Part shown: piece by piece, positions 9,675 through 19,277 of the stretch
Layout of the letters: each line of letters opens with the position of its first letter
How positions within the stretch are numbered: the first letter of the stretch is position 1
DNA from: a virus
Taxonomy: Duplodnaviria > Caudoviricetes
Reading direction: 5' to 3' (one strand)
Virus record (IMG/VR): IMGVR_UViG_3300031992_000033
Coordinates: 59,670-123,669 of that record
Length of the DNA: 64,000 nt
Translations under genes and position numbers: made by a program
Notes under the pieces: model-generated
What the model was told of the DNA's origin: nothing
The model's input: the letters and a program-made list of their open reading frames with translations, nothing else
The model's database searches: none

Positions 9675-9858
9675 GTTATTATCCTCCTTATTATAAAACG
9701 ATTCTTATTATAGGATCAATTAATTTGTATCTTTTAATTACAACGTCTATCGGCGCATCTTCTACACAAATACAGTCTCCTTTCTGGGTACAAATAGTGG
9801 TGTCTTTACGGGTGACGGAGTATTCCAGTACAAGTCTCATTATATCCTCCTTTTAAAA

Positions 9859-9884
9859 TGAGGGTGAGCACTATGCCCACCCTC
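9859..9884 (-). terminator. intrinsic terminator
   Basis: Minus strand GAGGGTGGGC-ATAGT-GCTCACCCTC followed by ATTTT. Confidence 0.65.
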
Positions 9885-9898
9885 TTGGTTACTGATGA

Positions 9899-10912
9899 TT
9901 AAGCAGTAAGTATCTGAACTACCTTATCTGCAATCATAGGCTTCTCAACAAGATTCATCAGCCTATTCTCAGCAAATCCTTCGGGATGTCTTGCGGGTTC
10001 TGCATGAGACTCGAAGTCCGTTATTGCATGGATCAGTCTGAGTCCATCCCAGTTCTCATTCTGAAGATCGGGAGCATTGAGAAGGATGTTAGTCAACTGA
10101 TTTCTCTTCTCCTGAGCGGTACGCTTGATTCTCTCAGTAGCGTCTTCCGCATAAGGGAAGAGTCCGTCGATGATCTGTCCCATCTCAGCACGGGTTAACT
10201 TAATGTTTCTAAGTTCCTCCATGGTATGCTGAAGACCATCGAAGTAGGCATTTGCTCCAGCCATTACTTCCTGAGCCTCAAGCATCTTACCTTCGACATC
10301 TCCTCTGTGCTGGATACTGATCTTATAAGTAGAGTTCCTACTTACAAGGTGAGCCATGTTACAGCAGCATGCTCTGATGGTAGTGAAGGCAGCGAAGAGA
10401 GACTGCTTTCCATTGTTTCCATTCATCAGGAACATATATAGATGATGTTCGTCACCAGCATATGTTCTGCTGGGTAACTTCATCAAGAACCATACCTTCT
10501 CACCTCCTCTGTAACAACCTACCTTCTCAAAGGTAGCACCCTGTTGACGGAGTACATCTGCAAAGGCGAAAGCGTCTGCGTTCTGTACAGGCTTATATCT
10601 ATCCTTGGTAATACCAAACACCTTACCAGTATCAGAACGGACAATTGCCTTGTACTTAGACTGTACCTGACCACCAACACTTACCTCGGCAAGACCAAGT
10701 TCCCAAGGCAGATATGCCTTAGCAATGTCTGCCGCAGTTCCATACTTCCTGAGTTCCTCATCGACATCAGTGCCAATGCCTGAGAAGGGAAGACGGCGAT
10801 GCTCAAAGTTAGTGAGATGAATCTTCGGTTCGGGAGCAACGATCTCTGCTGATGCGGTTACGTTCTGAAGGGTGCTTGCTGAGTAAGATCTGAAGTCGAT
10901 AATCTGTGCCAT
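9899..10912 (-). CDS. DUF932 (phage/plasmid-like TIGR03299) protein
   Basis: AIVRSDTG.VFG....YKPVQN.DAF, GG.KVW, T.IR.CC.N and I.H.G pattern. Confidence 0.75.
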   Translation of the reverse strand: MAQIIDFRSYSASTLQNVTASAEIVAPEPKIHLTNFEHRRLPFSGIGTDVDEELRKYGTAADIAKAYLPWELGLAEVSVGGQVQSKYKAIVRSDTGKVFGITKDRYKPVQNADAFAFADVLRQQGATFEKVGCYRGGEKVWFLMKLPSRTYAGDEHHLYMFLMNGNNGKQSLFAAFTTIRACCCNMAHLVSRNSTYKISIQHRGDVEGKMLEAQEVMAGANAYFDGLQHTMEELRNIKLTRAEMGQIIDGLFPYAEDATERIKRTAQEKRNQLTNILLNAPDLQNENWDGLRLIHAITDFESHAEPARHPEGFAENRLMNLVEKPMIADKVVQILTA

Positions 10913-10980
10913 AATGTTTTCTCCTTGTTGTTTGCTTTACTATGTTCCATATTCAATTGTATCCATATTCAATTGTATTT

Positions 10981-11002
10981 GGGGCGGTTGTTGCGCCGCC
11001 CC
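10981..11002 (-). terminator. stem-loop
   Basis: GGGGCGG...CCGCCCC inverted repeat after the stop of 11011..11526. Confidence 0.55.
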
Positions 11003-11010
11003 TGTGTGAC

Positions 11011-11526
11011 TTACATCTCGTCTTCTTCAAACTTGCCAAGTTCAAAGACGTTGTCGAGAGGGATGGTCAGCATTCCGAGTTCGCTGTGGGAACTCTTGTT
11101 GAGGTAAGGTTCAACCTCTTCCTTGCTGACTTCCTTTCCGTTCAGGTAGTACTTAGTGCTGATCGGATTGAGAAGTGATCCATCCTTACTTCTCTTCTTG
11201 GGATATCCCTGTACATACAACTTGCCAGTCGTCTTGTGCTTGACGATTCCCTTAGCCGCACACTGTACGCGCTCTTGCCAGTTACCTGTGTGTTCGTGCT
11301 TGTCGTACTCCTTAGAGTTTTCGTACGGGACATCCAAGGTTAATGCGGTTGAACTTACCTTGACGATCTTAATGCCATCCTTCTTAGCGGATGCCTTCAT
11401 CTTTGAGGTAGTACTAAGATCTGACTTCCACGCTACGTGGATAACCTTGCCGTTAACCTTAGCGATTCTGTCGATCTTGTCCATGTTGGTAAGTCTTGAG
11501 ATGTTAGGATACTGCTTTCTAGCCAT
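11011..11526 (-). CDS. basic hypothetical protein
   Basis: GGAGG RBS; Lys-rich; biased (highly expressed) codon usage. Confidence 0.7.
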   Translation of the reverse strand: MARKQYPNISRLTNMDKIDRIAKVNGKVIHVAWKSDLSTTSKMKASAKKDGIKIVKVSSTALTLDVPYENSKEYDKHEHTGNWQERVQCAAKGIVKHKTTGKLYVQGYPKKRSKDGSLLNPISTKYYLNGKEVSKEEVEPYLNKSSHSELGMLTIPLDNVFELGKFEEDEM

Positions 11527-11624
11527 AATTAAATTCCTCCGTGTTAATTGTTTTAAGTTCCATATTCAATTGTAAGTTTATAATACGGCGGTGCTCTTAA
11601 GTTTGTAATCATCTTATCATCTCC

Positions 11625-13736
11625 TTATGATCTTGTCAAGTATGATTCGTCAAGGAAGTTATCTCCGCAACTGTAACTGTTGCCAAGACCAAGCAGAATT
11701 ATCTTGTCACACGCAAAGCCTCTGCTCTTGATCCATTCGTACACGAACGGAATTGCATCGGGATCGTTACCCAACCACTTATTGTGTGACCCATGAATCT
11801 GAACAACTGTACCATTGTTGTTAACTTCTATGGTGTAGAAAGGAGTGTTTTCATCTCCCATCTTTCTGAGGAACATTATGTTTGTATCTCCAAGTGCGTG
11901 TCTGTTAACGTAGCCGCCTACGCAATGTCCAAGAACGACGCCCTCGTTTGTGATCTCAGAAAGTTTATGAGGAACTCTGATGCAGTACTTATCTCCGTTA
12001 CATTCATACTGCTTGATTCTATCTTCCTGAAGTGACTCAAACTTTTCCTGAATTTTCTTCAGACGTTCTGCCTCAGCAGCGTTGTACCTTGCTCTTCTTT
12101 CAAGATCTATTTGATTCTTTATTTCAACAAGGTCATCGTGAAGACTCATGAGATCTTCTACACTGTTGAAACTTCTTATGTCTACGTTGGGCTTTCTGTC
12201 TCTGGGCATATACTTAAACATATCATTTACGTCTAAGAATACCTTGAAGACATTTGTGCCGCCTTCCTTAGTACTAAGCCTTACCATTTTTTCAAGGAAC
12301 TTTTTCTGCTCATCGTCAAGTTTGAATGGCGCTGCTGTATAACGATCTCTATAATACGCCGACCTTACTTCAAGCAATTCTTTGAGATCGTATATATCAA
12401 TATTAGAAAGTGCAAGAATTAAAGTTCTTGCCCTCCTTTCGTCCAGATAACTGATGTCACTGTTATCTTCCTTGGAATACAGACACTTGATATTTCTTAT
12501 GGCATACAAGCCCTCGTTTCCGAGTTCCTCAGCCGCTTTCAAGATGTACTTATTAACTCCAAGTAATTTATAGATCGGAAGTTTGCGTTCCTTATCTACG
12601 AGGAAGTTATGCTTGAGCGCGGCTGCAATCTGATTACCTTTACAGATTTCTTTTGCCAGTGACGGATACCCCGCTTTGATCAACTGTTCTACGATCGGAT
12701 GGCGAATAATGTTCATAAGAGTTATGACGGGATGGCTATCATTCTCCCAGTCAATTATATCTTTGACATACTTTATTGCCTCGCATCTTTCAAGCGGATC
12801 TCCTAACAACCTTGTACCCTTCGCTTTCTTCTCACCATAGTACCTTGTTATCTCTCTGTTTGTTATTTCCCAAATGCCAGTCCATCTATTGTACTGGATA
12901 AGAGTACACTTTCCTTTCTTGTCAATGAATAGTCTGTATTGCTCTTCCCACACATCTGAATATTCGTAAACATGACTACGCATAGTCCAATTGTAACTGG
13001 TGTCGCAATGCTGATAAAACGTTCTTAATACAGAATAGTTTTCATCAAGCACCTGATGGACAGTGGCAATGTGCGTATCCTTTTCCATCTCGTCAAACGA
13101 AGGCGTATCAAGTTCAAAATCAAAGATGGTTTTTATTCTCTGGTTTACCTTTCTATTCACCCATCTTCTGGTGTACCAGTCTTCGAATACATACGTAGGA
13201 CAAGAATTACGCTCTTTGTCGTATTCGGGATCTAAGAATGCCACAATCTTTTCTAACGCCGACGGCTTGCAATGATATCCGTGAAGGCTTGATTCGTGTA
13301 TCGTCTTCTTGAATTCTTTCGAATAAAACTTGCCTCCCTTTACAGGATTGCCATATCTGTCATATGCATCAGGATCACCCTTGAAGACAAACATTCTTCT
13401 TCCGAAATATTCCCAGTCAACAGGACAGTTGTCTTTACCGCGTCCGCCAACGTCAAGTCTTATCTGTGCGACTTCCAGTATCTCCGACTTCTCTTCGTAG
13501 TTTGCATAGAATCCATAGTAATATTTGGTAGGAGTACAGATGAAGTAATCTTTACCCCAGTCTGAATGACTTATGCCGCCAAGGGATCTTACGCCGCTCT
13601 GATTATCCCACGTCATTTCTCCCCTTACAGTGCTCCAATACTGAATGCACTGCGGGCAATTGTCCTGAATCGGATGCGGGTGCTCTGCTATGTACTGCTC
13701 TACGATTTTACTTCTGTCCATAATTAATTCCTCCAT
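11625..13736 (-). CDS. PcfJ-domain protein
   Basis: C-terminal EG..LGHCVGGY...IMFLRK....PFYTIEV....VQ.HG..N PcfJ signature. Confidence 0.75.
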   Translation of the reverse strand: MEELIMDRSKIVEQYIAEHPHPIQDNCPQCIQYWSTVRGEMTWDNQSGVRSLGGISHSDWGKDYFICTPTKYYYGFYANYEEKSEILEVAQIRLDVGGRGKDNCPVDWEYFGRRMFVFKGDPDAYDRYGNPVKGGKFYSKEFKKTIHESSLHGYHCKPSALEKIVAFLDPEYDKERNSCPTYVFEDWYTRRWVNRKVNQRIKTIFDFELDTPSFDEMEKDTHIATVHQVLDENYSVLRTFYQHCDTSYNWTMRSHVYEYSDVWEEQYRLFIDKKGKCTLIQYNRWTGIWEITNREITRYYGEKKAKGTRLLGDPLERCEAIKYVKDIIDWENDSHPVITLMNIIRHPIVEQLIKAGYPSLAKEICKGNQIAAALKHNFLVDKERKLPIYKLLGVNKYILKAAEELGNEGLYAIRNIKCLYSKEDNSDISYLDERRARTLILALSNIDIYDLKELLEVRSAYYRDRYTAAPFKLDDEQKKFLEKMVRLSTKEGGTNVFKVFLDVNDMFKYMPRDRKPNVDIRSFNSVEDLMSLHDDLVEIKNQIDLERRARYNAAEAERLKKIQEKFESLQEDRIKQYECNGDKYCIRVPHKLSEITNEGVVLGHCVGGYVNRHALGDTNIMFLRKMGDENTPFYTIEVNNNGTVVQIHGSHNKWLGNDPDAIPFVYEWIKSRGFACDKIILLGLGNSYSCGDNFLDESYLTRS

Positions 13737-13852
13737 TAGTTAAAGTTAATAAAGTTACGATCAAGACTTGCGCGGAACGGATGATTTATTCCGAGCCTTT
13801 TGCACATGGTGTATCTCTTCCACCATCTTATCACTTTAATTCCTCCTTTAAA

Positions 13853-13877
13853 AAGGGGAGAGTGTTGCCTCTCCCCT
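13853..13877 (-). terminator. intrinsic terminator
   Basis: Minus strand AGGGGAGAG-GCAACA-CTCTCCCCT followed by TTTT. Confidence 0.7.
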
Positions 13878-13887
13878 GTGATTAGTA

Positions 13888-14223
13888 TCAGATCTCAACG
13901 ACGATGATTACTTCCTCATCGTCATCGTCATCGTCATCATTAACCTTTGCTGCATTCTGCATTGCGTTTGTGATGTACGACTTAGCCTTGGCAATGTCGC
14001 CGTTGGTTTCCTCGAGCGCCATCTTGATCAGGTTCAGTGCTGCCTTTGCGTCGTTCTCAGATGTGTAGCCAAACATCAACTCAGGATGCTTAACTCCATC
14101 GATGACAGGAATGCAAGCGCCATATCCCTTAAGGATGTAGGCAAGGTTAAAACGTCTCTGGCTATCTCTCTTGATGTTTTCAGTGCTGATGTTTGCGTTA
14201 ATACCCATAATAATTTCCTCCAT
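13888..14223 (-). CDS. hypothetical protein with poly-Asp C-terminus
   Basis: GGAGG RBS; start probably MGINAN. Confidence 0.65.
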   Translation of the reverse strand: MEEIIMGINANISTENIKRDSQRRFNLAYILKGYGACIPVIDGVKHPELMFGYTSENDAKAALNLIKMALEETNGDIAKAKSYITNAMQNAAKVNDDDDDDDEEVIIVVEI

Positions 14224-14390
14224 GTTGTAGGTTGATAGTTGTTTGCCCGTATTGCGCCGATAGCACAGCGCGTCCTCCTTTCTTATTCATCGTTTTTCAT
14301 TTCGCTTATTGCATCGATCATAATGATTATTAATACTTCGACTGCCAATATTACCAGCAAAACAAGGAATAACATATTGCCTCCTTTCTT

Positions 14391-15140
14391 TTACATTAGA
14401 TAATTTACAGCGTCTTCAAAATTGACGAAGAAGTGAATGCCGTGTGAACACTCATTCCATCTGTCGGTATCAAAGAAGTCGGGACGTGTTATTTCCCCGA
14501 CCTTGTAGGTAGTTCTATGTGAGTACTTCCAGTTTGTGACCGCGGTGACTTTCATCTTTCGTTTAAGTAAATCATAAATGCCAAGCACTTTAACATACTC
14601 TGCACGGCATTTTCTTGTTGTGGCTGAAGACCTTTTTGCTGATGCTGGGATCTGTAATTTGATAATGTAGGTTCGCCCATTATTTACTACCTTCTTCCAG
14701 CCGACAAACGATCCATCGCTAGGGCAAGCCATGGGAATCTGCGGCGGCTGCTTGCAACTTATTATAGTTGAACCAAAGAATATCGAATCAAAACAATCCA
14801 CTTTTGCAAAGCAGCATCTGTTGATATCTATGTATCGAAGATCGTTTTCTCTTAAGGCTGCATTAGTAAAATTGCAATTAACCATAGGTTTACTGAATAA
14901 TGAAGAATACACTTTGGAATTTACAAATGAACAATTAATAATAACTGGGAATTTGCAGTTAATAAAAAGGCAACTATCAAATATGATGTTTTTAAGTCCA
15001 TGATGTAATTCTGTAAAATCAATCTCTTCGAACTCCAATCCACTTAGATCAAGCATCTCATCGGTGCAAGTATAAAAGTGATCATTAATGGCTGTTCTAA
15101 GATCTCTACCATCGGGTAATTTAAAATTGTCTATATTCAT
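14391..15140 (-). CDS. pentapeptide-repeat / DUF5758 protein
   Basis: N-terminal pentapeptide-like repeats; CP.DGSF.GWKK, RSSATTRKCRA and RWNECS.GIHFF motifs. Confidence 0.8.
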   Translation of the reverse strand: MNIDNFKLPDGRDLRTAINDHFYTCTDEMLDLSGLEFEEIDFTELHHGLKNIIFDSCLFINCKFPVIINCSFVNSKVYSSLFSKPMVNCNFTNAALRENDLRYIDINRCCFAKVDCFDSIFFGSTIISCKQPPQIPMACPSDGSFVGWKKVVNNGRTYIIKLQIPASAKRSSATTRKCRAEYVKVLGIYDLLKRKMKVTAVTNWKYSHRTTYKVGEITRPDFFDTDRWNECSHGIHFFVNFEDAVNYLM

Positions 15141-15160
15141 AATATCTCTCCTTTTTGTTT

Positions 15161-15184
15161 GAGGGTGGCTATTACACCACCCTC
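15161..15184 (-). terminator. stem-loop with UGUAAUA loop
   Basis: Minus strand GAGGGTGG-TGTAATAG-CCACCCTC. Confidence 0.55.
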
Positions 15185-15193
15185 GTTGATTGA

Positions 15194-15652
15194 TTAGTGG
15201 CTCGCTGCTCTGGCTGACCGCATTATGCGATCGATTTCCTTTTCGGATGTTGCGTTCTGCACAAGGTATATAGTCTGCTCGCTATATCCTTTGTACATGT
15301 CGCCATCCTTACAGTTCTGATAGGATATGAAATCCTTTATTGCGCGGATCGTATCGCGCTTGATGTTTACTAACGGCTCTGTCATCCTTACCTCCTTTCC
15401 GAACGCCATCTTAGGCTGTTCATTTACTTTGTGACCATTAATGTATAAGGACACATCGTAGCCATTGTCGATACACGCAGTTAACAACTCCTGACCGCGC
15501 ACCTCGTAAAGCGGCTTTCTCTCATCGATGATAGCCACTCCGTTCTCACAGACAAGTAATCTTACAATGTGCCTGTCTGCGTTAGTGATGAAGTCAATGA
15601 TCCTGAACGCATCATCACCAATCTGCTTTTCACAACGAACAAGTTTGATCAT
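15194..15652 (-). CDS. hypothetical protein
   Basis: AAGGAGG RBS. Confidence 0.7.
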   Translation of the reverse strand: MIKLVRCEKQIGDDAFRIIDFITNADRHIVRLLVCENGVAIIDERKPLYEVRGQELLTACIDNGYDVSLYINGHKVNEQPKMAFGKEVRMTEPLVNIKRDTIRAIKDFISYQNCKDGDMYKGYSEQTIYLVQNATSEKEIDRIMRSARAASH

Positions 15653-15837
15653 AACTCTTCCTCCTTCTTAGTCAGGTTATATCCTATAACGCCTATCCCT
15701 AAGGGAACGCATAGAAAGAACTCTATCATGAGCGGGACATATGATTGGCTGTCAAGGCAGCCGCCTACAAGTACTACCGCCAGCAGCGATATCATCATGA
15801 GTACGAAAAAGAATTTGTTCACGTCTTTACCCTCCTA

Positions 15838-16155
15838 TCATTTCATTTCACAGTTGCCAGACAACACAACTTCATTGTTATAAAGAATGTCGATCTCAGT
15901 TGAGTAGTATCCGTTCTGCTCTGAGTAACAAGGAACGAATATCCACGCATTTGTATCTCCAAACTTGAATCCTCCTCCCTCTATAAATTTGAACCTTAAC
16001 TTCTCAGGGAAATTGTAATCATAGTTAATTACGTTCTCGTTGATAACTGAGAAGTCTGCGTAGTTATCTTCGCAGCAGTCTGGATTGTGGAAATATGTAA
16101 TGTTATTTCCGTTGTCGAATATTATTGCGCTGTCGGTTACACTTGCTATTTTCAT
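15838..16155 (-). CDS. conserved phage hypothetical protein
   Basis: H.PDCCE and QNGYYS motifs. Confidence 0.7.
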   Translation of the reverse strand: MKIASVTDSAIIFDNGNNITYFHNPDCCEDNYADFSVINENVINYDYNFPEKLRFKFIEGGGFKFGDTNAWIFVPCYSEQNGYYSTEIDILYNNEVVLSGNCEMK

Positions 16156-16157
16156 TC

Positions 16158-16349
16158 TTAGTCTTCCTTTAACTTTTGCATAAACGTTATTACGTGCGCT
16201 GTGAAATAAAGGCGTTCGGGATGATTATTCGCCTGTTCGATCACTTTCAGCAATTCTTCGATAGTGGGAAGATCATCAACAGTGGAAATAATCATATTTC
16301 TTTTTGTATGAGCGTGCATATGTTCTATTGTAACTAACCACTTTGCCAT
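16158..16349 (-). CDS. hypothetical protein
   Basis: AAAGGAG RBS. Confidence 0.6.
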   Translation of the reverse strand: MAKWLVTIEHMHAHTKRNMIISTVDDLPTIEELLKVIEQANNHPERLYFTAHVITFMQKLKED

Positions 16350-16507
16350 AAGTTCTCATCTCCTTTCATGGCATTTTTACATGGTGTAATATGAACCGCT
16401 GTCTACCTTACGGAGACGGAGAAGTTCATTCTCCGCCTCCTTTCTTGTTCTGAACTCTCCGACGCAAACGGATCTGCCAAAACTGATACGATACACTCTG
16501 TACATAA

Positions 16508-16786
16508 TCACATCCCCCTTGCAGTATTATAAATCTTGATGCGGTAGTTGTATACCAACTTAACCATTTCAAATTCGGTATCAGTGAGACCGAAGATCTC
16601 ACAGAAGCCGCCTTCGTTTCCTTCCTCTCCGTTCCAGTCAATGGATACGCATCTGGAAGTATAGATGCGCTCCATCGGGACGAGATCCTTGTCCCTCGTG
16701 TTGTAGATCTGAATTCCCTCAGGGAACTCGGTGTTGAGAAACTCGACTACATGAGTAAGAGCCTTTGCCTTGCTGATAGTGTTCAT
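16508..16786 (-). CDS. hypothetical protein
   Basis: GGAGG RBS; EIFGLT..EF motif. Confidence 0.65.
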   Translation of the reverse strand: MNTISKAKALTHVVEFLNTEFPEGIQIYNTRDKDLVPMERIYTSRCVSIDWNGEEGNEGGFCEIFGLTDTEFEMVKLVYNYRIKIYNTARGM

Positions 16787-16946
16787 ACTGTACCTCCGTT
16801 GTTGTTGATAATCTTGTTGAGCAACTCGATCTGCTTATCCTTGATGGCAAGCATTCTCTTGTAGATTTCGATCTGCTTCTTCTGGTTCTCGATGATCTGC
16901 TCATCATTGTCGATGATCTGCTGCATCAGTTCAATCCGCTCTTCCA

Positions 16947-17174
16947 TTACTTTTTCCTCCTTAAGACAAACTTGATGGTGTATTCAAAAGCGTGTCCCAC
17001 ATAGTGGGTATCACTTACCTTTGCAAGTGAAGGGTGCGACAGGAAGGATTCGATGTCCTCTTTACCTTCAAAGAGTACCATTTCCTTTCCTGAGTACATT
17101 CCTCTTCTGACGAGGACTGGTACTCTTTCATACTTTGCACAGATAAACTGTGCGAGTTCCCTTGCCTTATCCAT
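16947..17174 (-). CDS. hypothetical protein
   Basis: AAGGAGG RBS; TAATG stop/start coupling. Confidence 0.65.
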   Translation of the reverse strand: MDKARELAQFICAKYERVPVLVRRGMYSGKEMVLFEGKEDIESFLSHPSLAKVSDTHYVGHAFEYTIKFVLRRKK

Positions 17175-17386
17175 TACTTATCCCTCCTTTCTCTTATCTC
17201 GAGGTCTACGTAGTTCCCTTCCCACTGAGGAAGATAACCTAACTTTATGTAGTAACTTGCCTGTTTCTTAGGCAGACAGATGATGCAAACCTTTCTGCCG
17301 CGTCTGCATTTCCCTTCGAGGCGACCATACACCTCAACCAGCGGATCAAGATTTCCGTTGGATAAATCCATGAAGAATACTGCCAT
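17174..17386 (-). CDS. hypothetical protein
   Basis: AGGAGG RBS. Confidence 0.6.
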   Translation of the reverse strand: MAVFFMDLSNGNLDPLVEVYGRLEGKCRRGRKVCIICLPKKQASYYIKLGYLPQWEGNYVDLEIRERRDK

Positions 17387-17398
17387 CTTGTTTCCCTC

Positions 17399-17944
17399 CT
17401 ATTCTTCTTCAAGTGCACAACCAAGTAATATGGTGAACCAGTTGTCGTCACCATGAGTGATGTGGATGCGAGTGATCCTGTGATTCCAGAAGAACTCACT
17501 CCACCACGCTTGTAAGATACCTCTTAACGTCTTGCTAACACCGACCTCGCGGTGATGATAATACAGCACGTAGATCTTAGGCTCATCACGATGATCCCAA
17601 GAGTACGAGTGGTCGTCGAACCACTCTGCAAGGTGGTTATTACCTACCTCAAAGTGAGTCTTGAGCATAAGATCATAGAAGTGATCCATGCCCTCCAATG
17701 TTTTGTAGCCACCAGTGAAGGCTACGAACATTGCTCTGAAGTAGTAGAGCAGACACTTGAAGTATGAGTACTCCTCCATATCTACTCTTGACGCTCCGAT
17801 CATGTCGAGATCAGAGAGCGCTTGCTGCGCCTCTGTGTAAGAGGTGTAGCGTCTGGTGAAGTCACGCTCCACTGTGTACTCCTCGCCCTCTGGACCAAAC
17901 TGTTCCACTTCACAAGTGTAGTGGATAATGAAAAGTTTCTTCAT
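17399..17944 (-). CDS. hypothetical protein
   Basis: AGGAGG RBS. Confidence 0.7.
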   Translation of the reverse strand: MKKLFIIHYTCEVEQFGPEGEEYTVERDFTRRYTSYTEAQQALSDLDMIGASRVDMEEYSYFKCLLYYFRAMFVAFTGGYKTLEGMDHFYDLMLKTHFEVGNNHLAEWFDDHSYSWDHRDEPKIYVLYYHHREVGVSKTLRGILQAWWSEFFWNHRITRIHITHGDDNWFTILLGCALEEE

Positions 17945-17998
17945 GTATTTGTCCTCCTATGAAGAAAGAAGCGATCCGAAGACCGCCTCATTGATAAG

Positions 17999-18142
17999 TT
18001 ATGCATCCTCGTAAGGATCAGGTATCATTGAGATCATCACCTGAGCGTACTCAGGTGTTACACGACACCAGCCATCCTCGTCCACCTCTTTGATGATGGG
18101 CTTGGTGATGTCAAGGCTGTCAACCTTGTCGAAGATATCCAT
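17999..18142 (-). CDS. small acidic protein
   Basis: AAGGAGG RBS before ATG 18142. Confidence 0.55.
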   Translation of the reverse strand: MDIFDKVDSLDITKPIIKEVDEDGWCRVTPEYAQVMISMIPDPYEDA

Positions 18143-18143
18143 A

Positions 18144-18395
18144 TCAGTCACCTCCTTCTTTAACTCCAACGATCTGGTCGCCATTCATGAGGACGATGAT
18201 GTCCTCACCTTGCTGATAGGTATCACCATAGAACTCGTAGATGTTACCATTTTCGAACTCTACGACGATGATTGTGTCGTCGATGTTGTCAACCACAGTG
18301 GCGTGAACCTCTGTGGCAGCCCGCTGCGGACTGACTACAAGGACTGTTGCTGTGATGATACCACATATAGCGGTGATTAAGATCTTCTTGAACAT
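18144..18395 (-). CDS. small secreted/membrane-anchored OB-like protein
   Basis: N-terminal signal/TM segment MFKKILITAICGIITATVLVV; AGGAGG RBS. Confidence 0.65.
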   Translation of the reverse strand: MFKKILITAICGIITATVLVVSPQRAATEVHATVVDNIDDTIIVVEFENGNIYEFYGDTYQQGEDIIVLMNGDQIVGVKEGGD

Positions 18396-18504
18396 TGTGT
18401 GTTCCTCCTATGAAATATTTATTGTGTACCCTGCCCCTTTCAGCATGGCTCGCATTGTAATCAACGTCTGCCATGCTTACTCAGGGATTGGATCGGGTAG
18501 ATCT

Positions 18505-18765
18505 TCAACTATAGTACTTTTCAAGACTAGAAACCTGACAAATGTATGCATCATAAATATCAACGTCAGATGCGTCTTCATAGCCTTCAGTGATTACAAG
18601 CCCCTTAACAGGATCACCGTAGTAATCTATATCAGCAGCATCTTCAACATCGTACATTCTACAAATAGATCCATCTTTGAAGACTAGTGCAAAGTGAATC
18701 ATGTCAGATTCAATAAACTCAGGAAGTTCTTCTTCCATACGATCTAATAAAGTGTCGTGATACAT
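18505..18765 (-). CDS. acidic hypothetical protein, first gene of leftward arm
   Basis: AAGGAGG RBS before ATG 18765. Confidence 0.65.
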   Translation of the reverse strand: MYHDTLLDRMEEELPEFIESDMIHFALVFKDGSICRMYDVEDAADIDYYGDPVKGLVITEGYEDASDVDIYDAYICQVSSLEKYYS

Positions 18766-18805
18766 AATTATCGCCTCCTTAGCGGAAATTAATATTTTAT
18801 TGCAC

Positions 18806-18840
18806 AAAAATACCACTGCTGGCTGTTACACCAACAGTGG
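18806..18840 (-). terminator. intrinsic terminator ending the leader RNA
   Basis: Minus strand CCACTGTTGG-TGTAACAG-CCAGCAGTGG followed by TATTTTT. Confidence 0.75.
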
Positions 18841-19271
18841 CTCGAGAATGTTATAAATCTACCAATCACATATGAAGTCTCACATCGATGTAGTGCCAGC
18901 ACTTATCAACAAGACTTAATGGAGTTTTGCGTCTGTCACTAGACCAATCATCTTATATGTTTGGGATTTAAACCATTTATCTGCTTGAGCAGTGTGCAGA
19001 ATGGACCACTTGGCGGGAACTCCGTCGGTATCACCAGCCCGTAACACTTAGGGAACAGATCTCAGATTCAGAGGAATCCTTGGCACGCTCCCTATCAGAA
19101 GAGTCACTATTGTCAGACGGTCAGAAATTCAGAATTTGGAAATGAGCCTACTATCCGATTCTCGTTAATCTAGTGACGTTAGACTAACCCGTCTGGATTA
19201 TTCCTTCATATTGCTATTTACCCTTAGCCACAAGAGTATTTTGTTTTTCAAGGAACAACTATTTTTTAACT
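18806..19271 (-). ncRNA. candidate large structured (multi-pseudoknot) non-coding RNA
   Basis: No ORF of 60 aa or more; bounded by promoter and terminator; at least 6 local and long-range helices, with G-U pairs that only work on the minus strand. Confidence 0.6.
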
Positions 19272-19277
19272 ATGTTT

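Larger units (their letters stand above)
10944..11574. repeat. three copies of 16-mer TCCATATTCAATTGTA (10946-10961, 10962-10977, 11559-11574)
   Basis: Exact copies in two intergenic leaders. Confidence 0.85.

Noticed and set aside
10944-11574. CRISPR mini-array
   Set aside because: Repeats are only 16-18 nt, with no regular spacers and no cas genes.
990-18687. Plus-strand ORFs in the left arm (e.g. 8334..8888, 11156..11575)
   Set aside because: Antisense to RBS-supported minus-strand genes, with atypical composition.
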